Positions 40,705 to 48,877 of a DNA stretch of 64,000 nucleotides are shown piece after piece; position 1 is the first letter of the stretch; every line of letters begins with the position of its first letter. This DNA comes from Candidatus Eiseniibacteriota bacterium (lineage in GTDB: Bacteria > Eisenbacteria > RBG-16-71-46 > JABDJR01). The stretch lies in NCBI GenBank assembly GCA_963762255.1, contig CAVXKA010000002.1:512001-576000 (forward strand). The letters run 5' to 3'. Both the position numbers and the translations under genes were made by a program. Below the pieces are notes generated by a model that was not told where the DNA came from, searched no databases, and saw only the letters and a program-made list of their open reading frames with translations.

Positions 40705-43278
40705 TCATCGGACCGTCCCCCCGCGCACCGGTTGCTGCCACCATGCGAATCCGGACGCGACCACGTCGAGCGGGTCAAGGAGTTCACTCCGACCCGGGAT
40801 GGCGAGGCGGCCGCGATGGATTCGCAGCAGCCGCTCGTCGAGGTCCGCCCAGTCGCAAAGGGCCGCGGTGAGGAGCTCGGGGCGCGCGCTGTCGGCTTGG
40901 CCCAGGGTAACCCTGAGCGCAAGCAGTGGGCGTCCTCCGTCGTCCGGCACCACATCGGCCCGAATCAGGGACGGTCTGGCATTGAAGGTTCGGGTCACCT
41001 CCCCACGCACCTTGGTGACGGGAAGATCGGCGGCGGCCAGGATCCGGGCCACGCCCCGCTCGAGGCGGGCTCGAAGCTCGTCGAAATCCATGCCGCCGAA
41101 CGCGCCGTCGATGAGCACGTCGGGGAAAGAAACCTCGTAGTCGGCGATTTGAATGGCGCTGTTCAAGGACTCGGGATCGGTACGCACCGGCGCGGCGGCA
41201 GTCACCACCAGGCCCTCCGGGAGCATGCGATTGAGGGCTTGCGCGAAGTCCTCCGGCACGTCCCGTGCGAAGGTCACGTCGAAGTACTCCGCTGTGCTCG
41301 TCATGCCGAGCGGCAGCGGCGGCCCGAACGAGACCTTGGGTCGCCGATCCTTGCCCTGGGATGTCGCCACGGGGAGCTGAGCCCGCCGCAGCGCGCGTTC
41401 GAACGCGCGGGTGACGTCGAGATGGGCGGTGAACCGCATGGGTTCGGACTTGGAGAAGCGCAGGCGGTAGCGATCCGCCTGCCGAGCTTCGCGCCCTCGC
41501 GTTCCGCGCCGGGGCCGCCGTCCCGCCGTATCGGCGGGCGCGTCGCGCCCCTCGGAGACGGCTTCCTCACCCGCGTCGCGGGCGGCTTGGCCGTCTCGTT
41601 CCCGGAACTCCCCCCTCTCCCCGCGCTGCGCGGGGGCATGGAGATCGATAAAGGCCCAGGGGGTCGTAGCCGGAGCGCTCCCGAGGGCGGCGCCTGGACC
41701 GCGCCGGGTCCAGGCCTCCTCCCATCGGGGAGCGTCAAAGAGTTCGGCATCCGCCTGATCGCGGACGCCCATTGCGGAGATCTCCTCGATCACGTCGGCG
41801 AGGGCCGCCTCACCCCGCAACAGCGCGGCCTCGACGGCCGCCGCGTGCGGGGAGCGGAGCTGCACCTTCACCTTGGCCCGCTGCAGCCGGCGGCGCCAGG
41901 TCGAGGCGATCTCTTCGCAGGCGCTGGCTTCAATCACGGCCTCACGCTCCCAACGGGTGTGAGGCCGCGGAACGACGGGAACGAGGACGAGAGCGAGCTT
42001 GGGCGCGCGAATTTCCTTGCCGCGCGTCGCCGCCGCCGCCTCCATCGTACTCAGCCATTCCTCGCGATCCGATTCCGTTTCTCCGGGAAGGCCCACGAGA
42101 ACCTGGAATCGCAGAGCCGCCCAACCTCCGCGCCAGGCGGTATCGACGGCCTGCATGAGCCGCTCGCGAGTGAGCGGCCGACCGATCTCCGCCCGCAGCC
42201 GGGCGGAGGGAGCGATAGGCGCGAAGGCGAGAGCCGAACGGCGCCCCTTGCGAAGCTCGCGGGCCGCCGCGGGAGCGAAGGCGGCAAGGTCCACGACGTC
42301 GCTCCGCACTTCCATCCCCTGCGAGCCGAACCGCTGGTTCAGCGCTTCGAGGATAGGTACGAGCTGTGCCGCCGAACTTGCGGCGGTGGACTGGAGCAGG
42401 ATTTCGCTGTGGCCGGTGGCGGCGAGCGCGTTCTCGATGTCGATGAGCAGCGTCTCGATCGAATGCGCGCGCCCCGGAGCCGACTCGAAGGCCGAGTCGT
42501 TCGTTCCGAGCGGGCGTGCCGCTTCCACCGCGAGCCCGTTCACGTCGAGCTCCACGTGGGGCACGAGCGGCTCCCGCGCGCACGAGGGGGGCGCCGCAAG
42601 CCAGCGCGCCGAGACGCGCGCAGGGGGCGCGTTGGAAGGCGCGGGCACATGCCACCCCGCGTCCGCGTCCTGCGCAACGAGGAGCGCCGGCCGGTCGGCG
42701 GCGGTCGAGGCGCGCCACGCGCGCGCGAGGCGCACGATGTCGCCGGCGAAGGCCTCGGGATCCCCTACCATGGCGGCGTCGAAGAACGGCATCGCCGCGC
42801 TCGGAGAGTTTGCGAGCGAACCGGCGAGGAGGACCGCGGGACCGCTGCCGCCGCGTTCGGCGGAGCGAGAGGCCACGCCACCCAGTCGCAGCATGGCCAG
42901 CAGATCGGGGAGTTGGAGCGCGGCGAAGGGAAGCGCGATCAGTGCGTCGTACTCACCGAGCGCGCGCCGCGCACCGAGACCGAAGAGGGGCATGTCGTGG
43001 CGCGGCAGCTCCTGCTCGAGATCGGCGGCGGGAGCGAAGCAGGCATCCACCAGCACCGATTCGTCGCCGGGCGCCTCCTGCCGGAGCGCGTCGAGGAACG
43101 TCGCCGCGGCCGCTCGGGAGAGCGCACGCTCGATCGGCTCGGGAATCACCAAACAGAGACGCGCGCTTGCCGAGTCAAAACCGGCGAGCGCCCCCCCAGG
43201 AAAGGGGGAAAGATATCGGTTTGGTTTGGAGACCCGCGGGAGGACACACTCCTCCAGCCGGTCCAGAACGCATTTCAT
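40705..43278 (-). CDS. Degenerate TIGR03960-like radical SAM/B12-binding protein fused to a TIGR03936/DUF2344 domain
   Basis: N-terminal LPRVSKPNRY, FAP..DLE and VGLPGET motifs; C-terminal YRLRFSK..PMRF.AHLD..R.F.RALRRA..P, FGPPLPLG..S.AEYFD. No CxxxCxxC motif. Confidence 0.82.
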   Translation of the reverse strand: MKCVLDRLEECVLPRVSKPNRYLSPFPGGALAGFDSASARLCLVIPEPIERALSRAAAATFLDALRQEAPGDESVLVDACFAPAADLEQELPRHDMPLFGLGARRALGEYDALIALPFAALQLPDLLAMLRLGGVASRSAERGGSGPAVLLAGSLANSPSAAMPFFDAAMVGDPEAFAGDIVRLARAWRASTAADRPALLVAQDADAGWHVPAPSNAPPARVSARWLAAPPSCAREPLVPHVELDVNGLAVEAARPLGTNDSAFESAPGRAHSIETLLIDIENALAATGHSEILLQSTAASSAAQLVPILEALNQRFGSQGMEVRSDVVDLAAFAPAAARELRKGRRSALAFAPIAPSARLRAEIGRPLTRERLMQAVDTAWRGGWAALRFQVLVGLPGETESDREEWLSTMEAAAATRGKEIRAPKLALVLVPVVPRPHTRWEREAVIEASACEEIASTWRRRLQRAKVKVQLRSPHAAAVEAALLRGEAALADVIEEISAMGVRDQADAELFDAPRWEEAWTRRGPGAALGSAPATTPWAFIDLHAPAQRGERGEFRERDGQAARDAGEEAVSEGRDAPADTAGRRPRRGTRGREARQADRYRLRFSKSEPMRFTAHLDVTRAFERALRRAQLPVATSQGKDRRPKVSFGPPLPLGMTSTAEYFDVTFARDVPEDFAQALNRMLPEGLVVTAAAPVRTDPESLNSAIQIADYEVSFPDVLIDGAFGGMDFDELRARLERGVARILAAADLPVTKVRGEVTRTFNARPSLIRADVVPDDGGRPLLALRVTLGQADSARPELLTAALCDWADLDERLLRIHRGRLAIPGRSELLDPLDVVASGFAWWQQPVRGGTVR

Positions 43279-43398
43279 CTATCCGGTGATCCAAAAGACG
43301 ACAGACCGGGACGGGCCCGGGGGGCGCGCGCGGCCGCCGAACCCGGGGGGGTGATGCCGGCGGGAGCCCGGTCGAAGGGCAAACCAAAGTCGGTTAGC

Positions 43399-43428
43399 AA
43401 AATAGCACGAGATCCTGAATTCCCTCAA
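43399..43428 (-). promoter_or_regulatory. Possible sigma70 promoter of the radical-SAM-like/rng operon
   Basis: TTGAGG-18 nt-TATTTT with extended -10 TG, in an AT-richer intergenic patch. Confidence 0.4.
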
Positions 43429-43502
43429 CGGGTTTCCTTGGGTGCCCGGTTGGGGCCACGGGGGGCGCTCCCCCGCGGCCCTTCTGGGCGTGCCGGCGCC
43501 GG

Positions 43503-44342
43503 TCAGGCCACAGCAAGGGCGACCGGGACCACGGCCCGCGCACCCGCCTCCACCAGCCCCTGGGCGGCGGCATAGATGGTGCTCCCTGTCGTGAGCACAT
43601 CATCGATGAGCACCCAGGCGCGGCCGGCCGCCCAGCCGGGGTGAGTCACCCGAAACGCCGATGCCACGTTGGCCGCTCGGTCGGTCTCCCGCAGGCGGGC
43701 CTGAGGACTTGTGGCGCGACTTCTCTCGAGCAGGTCGGGCACCCAGGGGATCCCCCATCCGATCGCGGCTTCGCGGCCGAGGAGTGCGGCCTGGTTGTAG
43801 CCGCGCTCGCGAAGGCGGGTCCGGTGGAGCGGCACCGCGGTGACGCCGTCTGCATCCAGCGCGGGGATGCGCGCGAGGAGGAGCCTCGCGAGAGCCCGCG
43901 CGAGGTCGTCGCGGCTCTCGTATTTGTAGCTGTGGATGATCGCGTCGAGGGGCTCCTCCATCCACCAGGCCGCGCGGCCGTGCAGGTTCACGTGTTCCGG
44001 ACGGCGACAGTGATAGCCCGCTTCACGGTCGCCCCGGGCGCGTTGTTCGGCGCGGCAGGCGATGCAGATCGGTCCGGCGGGGGCGGCGCGGAGCGCGCGG
44101 CGACAGTCGGTGCAGAGCCAGCGGCCGGACGCGAGCTCGCGCCGACAGCCGGGGCAGAGGGGCGGGAGGAGCGTGTCGATGAGGGTCTGTCGGGCGTTGC
44201 GCGCGACGATGCGCGCGGCGCGGCGGGCGGCGGTGCGAAGGTTGGTGAGACGATCGTCGGCGAGGTCGATGGGCGCGCGGAGCAGGGTGACGCTGCGAAA
44301 GTCGGCGGGATCGGTGGTGCGGCGCAGGGTGATGCGAGGCAT
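43503..44342 (-). CDS. comF: ComF-family protein (zinc ribbon plus phosphoribosyltransferase-like domain)
   Basis: LLPPLCPGC, LCTDC, ICIAC, VPLH..RLRERGYNQ and LIDDVLTTGST motifs; start uncertain. Confidence 0.9.
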   Translation of the reverse strand: MPRITLRRTTDPADFRSVTLLRAPIDLADDRLTNLRTAARRAARIVARNARQTLIDTLLPPLCPGCRRELASGRWLCTDCRRALRAAPAGPICIACRAEQRARGDREAGYHCRRPEHVNLHGRAAWWMEEPLDAIIHSYKYESRDDLARALARLLLARIPALDADGVTAVPLHRTRLRERGYNQAALLGREAAIGWGIPWVPDLLERSRATSPQARLRETDRAANVASAFRVTHPGWAAGRAWVLIDDVLTTGSTIYAAAQGLVEAGARAVVPVALAVA

Positions 44343-44535
44343 GATCCGTCCTTTCGGACGGGAGATGTCGAGCGGGTTCTCTCATGCTACATCGGCCCGC
44401 ACCGCAGCGTCGATCCGCGCGGACCACCTTACGCCTGTTCGCGGCTTCGCGTGCGCCCGTCGTCCTCGCCGACGGGTCCCCCGCTTCGCGGCCCGTCAAG
44501 CTGCGGTCGACGGGCGTCACGCTACGCCGCGGAGG

Positions 44536-44552
44536 TGCCACCCGGGTGAGCA
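44536..44552. repeat. Degenerate copy of the 18-bp palindrome
   Basis: TGCCACCCGGGTGAGCA (one T missing). Confidence 0.75.
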
Positions 44553-45018
44553 TCGATCCCTGAACCGCGTCGCAGCGGCCACTCCGCAGCCGTCTTGTCC
44601 CGCTCGTGGATCATGCGGTGGCAGGCAGCACACAGAGTGATCAGGTTGTCGGGGTCGTTGGTGCCGCCGTCCGACGCGAGCTATGAGGTGGTGCACGTCG
44701 AGGAAGCGTGCGCTGCCGCAGCCAGCGGTGCGGCAACGATGAGCGTCACGTGCCAAGACCTCGCGGCGTACGGAGGGCGGGATGGTCGCGCGGTTCCTCT
44801 CCCCCTTGCGATGCACGCGCGCATCGCAGAGCGCGGTCTCCAGCGCCTTCACCGCAACCGGCAGAGGACCGCGTCCGGTGGCGATCTCCGCGCGGCCACA
44901 GTCCTCACACTGGCGGATCACGATCTGATAGCGGGGATTCGTTCGAGCGTCACGGCCAGACACTCCACGAGGATCGACGGGCTGAACGCCTCCCCGGAAT
45001 CGATTTCGACCTCCGACT

Positions 45019-45036
45019 TGCTCACCCGGGTGAGCA
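45019..45036. repeat. Perfect 18-bp palindrome TGCTCACCCGGGTGAGCA
   Basis: Read directly from the sequence; encodes LTRVS within the HNH gene. Confidence 0.95.
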
Positions 45037-45732
45037 TCTCGGCCCTCTCGACCCGCGCGAGCATCTCCCATGCGGCGAGGAACAGCTCTTCGCGAGAACC
45101 ACGCGCACCGTTCTTGCGCGCGCTCTCCAGCATCGCTTCATACCGCGCGTATTGCTCGGGCGAGAGCTGGAATGACACCGTAACCGGGACTTCGATCACC
45201 GGGCTCACGACTGCGCCCGCTGCTCCGTCCACCGCATTATGGGTTCCGGCCGCCTGCTCATTCGCCGGGCTGTCAGCGCTGCCGCTCGACAGCAGTTCCC
45301 CCTGCCCTGGCGCCCGCCGCCGCGCCCGAGCGAAGCCCTGCGTCGCCGCCACCCGTCTCTCCAGCTCCCGCCGCCCGGTCTTCTGCGCCTGATCGATCCA
45401 GAAGACCTCCGTCTGCGGCGTGGCCACCTTCACGACCTCCCGAGCCTTGGTCCACGGCACCGCCCCCGAGGCGACCGACTCCTTCAGCGCGGGCAGCGCG
45501 TCGAACGACCGGCACAGTCGCAGGAAGTAGGCTGTGCGCGCCCGCGAGAACTCGAGCCGCGTGCTCGCGTAGTGATAGATGCTCGAGCAACCCAGCTCCA
45601 AGTAGAGCTTCCGGCTCAGGATCTCCCCGAACCAGATCACCGCGTTCTTGCGCGCGGCATCCAGGTCGCTGAGGGCGGAGACGAGGCGCGCTTCAACCTC
45701 AGCGGCTGGCAGCGTGGAGCTTGGAGACGCGT

Positions 45733-45750
45733 TGCTCACCCGGGTGAGCA
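45733..45750. repeat. Perfect 18-bp palindrome TGCTCACCCGGGTGAGCA
   Basis: Identical to the copy at 45019; encodes LTRVS. Confidence 0.95.
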
Positions 45751-45841
45751 CGGCGCGATCCGACGTCGAAAATGGCATTGGCGGACATGATGGTCCCTCC
45801 GTGGACGGGTGGAAGGACGGGGGAGGTGGGTGAGCGAAGTC

Positions 45842-45870
45842 ATTCTATCGCGCGACGGTATCTATTGCAA
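45842..45870 (-). promoter_or_regulatory. Near-consensus sigma70 promoter of the HNH gene
   Basis: TTGCAA-17 nt-TAGAAT with an AT-rich upstream tract. Confidence 0.7.
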
Positions 45871-46009
45871 CAACAAAAACGCATCACGATCAATAAATGA
45901 ATGGGCAGTTGCGAACGGCTGGCGCTATGGCGCGGGTACATGACACCAGCGGAGTAGGTAATGGATCATGTTGCACCGCAAGCACGATGCCCCGCGCCAC
46001 CCGCCACCC

Positions 46010-47650
46010 TCAGCGCGCGCGTCGAAACGCCACCACGTGAAAGTTGCGCTCGGTGCCCGCCTCCAATTCCATGACCCGCGTGAAGCGCGGATCGTTGCGC
46101 AGCAGCGTGTCGGGCACGTCCCCCCACAGCCGATCGCCGTAGTGGTTCTCCCACAGCACGAGACTTCCGACCGGCGCGCGCTCCAGGTTCTCGCGGGTCA
46201 GCCGCGGCGTGCGCGCGAGGTCATAGCGATCGCGCCCGGTGAGGAACGCGAACCACGGATGGTTCGTGTAGACGATCGCGTCGTCGAGGCCGATCCGACG
46301 CAACTGCTCGATGGAGACCCGAATCGCCGAACGCTCCGGGTCGAGGCCGATCGGCTTCACGGTCATGAGTGCCACCGCCACCGCCGCACCCCCGGCTGCA
46401 GCGGCAAAGTACGCGGCGAAACGTGAAGGGGGGCGCCACCGGAAGTAGACCGCGAGCCCCGCGAGAGCGGCGGTCACCATCCATCTCCACTCCACCCGGC
46501 CCGGCGCGACGATGGCGTGAAAGGTGAGCACGTGCGATAGGAAGACCGCCACGATCGCGGTCCACACGGACGCGAACACGACGAGGCCCCATCGGGTCCG
46601 CTGCGCCGAGCGGAGCCACGCCCCCACGCCCCACGCCGCGACCAGCGCCATCGCGGGGGCGAAGGTCACCACGTGGCGAAGAAAGCCCACGCTCCGTCCG
46701 AACGGGATGGCATCCCACGCAAGCAAACAAAGCACCGCCGTGTGGAGCAAGACCATCGCCGCGGCGAGCGCGGGGAATCCGCCGCGTGCGGGCGGCGCTG
46801 CGGAGCGGTCGCGCTCTGCGGGCTTGGCGGGCCCCGCGGGCTTGACCCCTATGCCGGTCGCAGGCGCCTCGGTGCGCGCGCGCAAGAGCCAAGACACAAG
46901 TGCCCACATGAAGAAGAACAAGACGACCGGGCCGAACGCAACGATCGCATGGCGCAGGTACTGATCGGGGCCGAGACTCAAGAGCGGCTTCTTGCCTCCC
47001 AGCACAAAGACGAAGAGCGGCTCACCGGTCCGGGCGAATCCCGCCAGATTCCACAACAACACCGGCACCACCGCCCCCGCGCGATCGCGCCATCGAACGG
47101 ATCGCCACGCGGCGATCAGCACCAGCACGGTGAGCGCTCCGGCGTCGATACGCGCAAGCGGCAGGAGCCCCGCAAGCCAGACCGCGCGGCCTCGACGCCG
47201 CGCATACCACGCCCACAGCACCGCCGCGACGAGCGCGGCCGCGAAGGGCTCGGCCAGACCGCTGAAGGAAAGCTCGAGCACCATAGGCTGGAAGAAGAAG
47301 AGCAAGGCGGCAACCCAGGGGAAACCGATTCCCGCGGCCCGCGCGGCCAGACCGATCGCCGCCGCGGCGAACGCGGTCACGATGGCCGTCGTGCCCTCGA
47401 CGCCGCCGTACCCGAAGAGCCTGGCCGGCGCCGAGAACGCCGCCACCGGAAGCGGCATCCCCCACCGGTCGAGCAGGAGGGACGGATCCTTCCAGACCTG
47501 ACGCGCCAGGTAGTACCGGTCCACGTCGTCGTCCTGATAGGTACCGGGCGACCGGTTCGCGTAGATGACGGCGATGACAAGACAGGCGAATGCCGCAGCG
47601 AGGATCGGGAGCCGACTGCCGGCGGCGCGGGTTCGGCGGGCGGTCGCCAT
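46010..47650 (-). CDS. Polytopic membrane protein, GT-C glycosyltransferase-like
   Basis: Acidic YQDDD loop after TM1, SGLAEP and LPLARID motifs, many TM helices and a C-terminal soluble domain; 3 nt downstream of rodA. Confidence 0.7.
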   Translation of the reverse strand: MATARRTRAAGSRLPILAAAFACLVIAVIYANRSPGTYQDDDVDRYYLARQVWKDPSLLLDRWGMPLPVAAFSAPARLFGYGGVEGTTAIVTAFAAAAIGLAARAAGIGFPWVAALLFFFQPMVLELSFSGLAEPFAAALVAAVLWAWYARRRGRAVWLAGLLPLARIDAGALTVLVLIAAWRSVRWRDRAGAVVPVLLWNLAGFARTGEPLFVFVLGGKKPLLSLGPDQYLRHAIVAFGPVVLFFFMWALVSWLLRARTEAPATGIGVKPAGPAKPAERDRSAAPPARGGFPALAAAMVLLHTAVLCLLAWDAIPFGRSVGFLRHVVTFAPAMALVAAWGVGAWLRSAQRTRWGLVVFASVWTAIVAVFLSHVLTFHAIVAPGRVEWRWMVTAALAGLAVYFRWRPPSRFAAYFAAAAGGAAVAVALMTVKPIGLDPERSAIRVSIEQLRRIGLDDAIVYTNHPWFAFLTGRDRYDLARTPRLTRENLERAPVGSLVLWENHYGDRLWGDVPDTLLRNDPRFTRVMELEAGTERNFHVVAFRRAR

Positions 47651-47653
47651 GGT

Positions 47654-48877
47654 CTACACCTCGTTCCGCCGCAGCGAGACGTTGATGAGAAGTCCGCACA
47701 AAAACAACACCGTCACCAGGAATGTTCCTCCATAGGATAGGAACGGCAACGGCAGGCCGGTCACCGGCGCGAGTCCCAGCGTCATGCTCACGTTGACTGC
47801 GACATGGAAGACGAAGATGCCGCCGATGCCGACGATCAGTATTCCCCCGAACCGACTTCGAGCCCGGGTGGCGAGGAGGAGGATCCGCTGCACGAGAAGC
47901 GCGAAGAGAAGGAGGACGATCAGGCAGCCGAGGAAACCGAATTCCTCCCCGAGCACGGAGAAGATGAAGTCCGTGTGCTGCTGGGGCAGGAACGCGAGCC
48001 CCTTCTGGGTACCGTCGAGGAATCCCTTGCCGGTGATGCCGCCGGAGCCGATCGCGATCTTGGACTGAATCACCTGGTACCCGGCGCCCACGCGGTCGTG
48101 GTCCGGATTGAGGAAGGTGATCACCCGCTGGCGCTGGTATGGCTTGAGGGAGTTCCAGAGGATGGGAGTCGCCGCTCCAACCGCCATGTTGAGCGCGAGC
48201 ACACCGACCACGATGTTGCGCCGCGCGCGGGAGGCGCTTAACGCGAAAGCCACCGCCCCGAGGAAGAGCAGCCAGACCCAGAGATTGAGGGAGAGGATCG
48301 CGCTCAGGAGCGGCGAGGCAAGGACCAGGATCACCCCGATGGGAAGCCCGGCCCAGAAGAGCATCGGCACCACCGCGGCGGGAATGCTGAGCGAGGTGCC
48401 GAGATCGGGTTCGAGGAGGATCAGCAGAAAGACCCCGCCGGCGACGGCCCCCACCGGCAAAACATGGCTCCATCGTCGGGCGTCGAATCGGGGGCGCGCC
48501 AGCAGGCGCGCGACCAAGAGAATCGTGGCGATCTTCGCTAACTCGGAAGGCTGAAACTGAAAGCCCCCGAAACTGAGCCAGCGCTTCGCGCCCAGGCGTT
48601 CGACTCCGAACACCGGCACCGCCAGCAGCAACACCACGGAGAGGGCGAAGAGGAAGTGGCTGTACTCTTCCCAGAGTCGGAAGGGCAGGGCGGCTCCGAC
48701 GAGGAGCGCCACCAGCCCCAGGGCGACCCAGCTCAGTTGACGGGCGAAGAGGCCGCTCCGTCCCGGAAGCGCGGGCACGTGGCTCGCCGAATAGACCAGC
48801 AGGAGGCCGACGCCGAGGAGGGCGAGCACCGCGAGCACCAGCGGCCAATCCAGATTACGGAGAGAGCGGCGCGCCAT
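47654..48877 (-). CDS. rodA: Rod shape-determining protein RodA (SEDS glycosyltransferase)
   Basis: GAKRWL, QPSELAK, EPDLGT, GYQVIQSKIAIGSGG, HTDFIFS and GLPLPFLSYGG motifs. Confidence 0.97.
   Translation of the reverse strand: MARRSLRNLDWPLVLAVLALLGVGLLLVYSASHVPALPGRSGLFARQLSWVALGLVALLVGAALPFRLWEEYSHFLFALSVVLLLAVPVFGVERLGAKRWLSFGGFQFQPSELAKIATILLVARLLARPRFDARRWSHVLPVGAVAGGVFLLILLEPDLGTSLSIPAAVVPMLFWAGLPIGVILVLASPLLSAILSLNLWVWLLFLGAVAFALSASRARRNIVVGVLALNMAVGAATPILWNSLKPYQRQRVITFLNPDHDRVGAGYQVIQSKIAIGSGGITGKGFLDGTQKGLAFLPQQHTDFIFSVLGEEFGFLGCLIVLLLFALLVQRILLLATRARSRFGGILIVGIGGIFVFHVAVNVSMTLGLAPVTGLPLPFLSYGGTFLVTVLFLCGLLINVSLRRNEV

Larger units (their letters stand above)
44522..45788 (-). pseudogene. 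DUF222-like/HNH endonuclease gene broken by several frameshifts
   Basis: N-terminal frame 45778-44918 (AVIWFGEI..RKLY.ELG.SSI..YA, LP.LKESV..G). Second frame CEDC...RATIPPSVRREVLARD.HRC..AGC..RFLDVHH. Third frame GGTNDPDNLITLCAACHRMIHE. Confidence 0.85.

Noticed and set aside
43376-43405. GGGCAAACC resembling a c-di-GMP-I riboswitch
   Set aside because: It is on the wrong strand for the downstream gene and lacks the GAAA tetraloop/P2-P3 pattern.
44345-45750. CRISPR-like array formed by the palindromes or hairpins
   Set aside because: Copies are hundreds of bases apart, there are no regular spacers and no cas genes.
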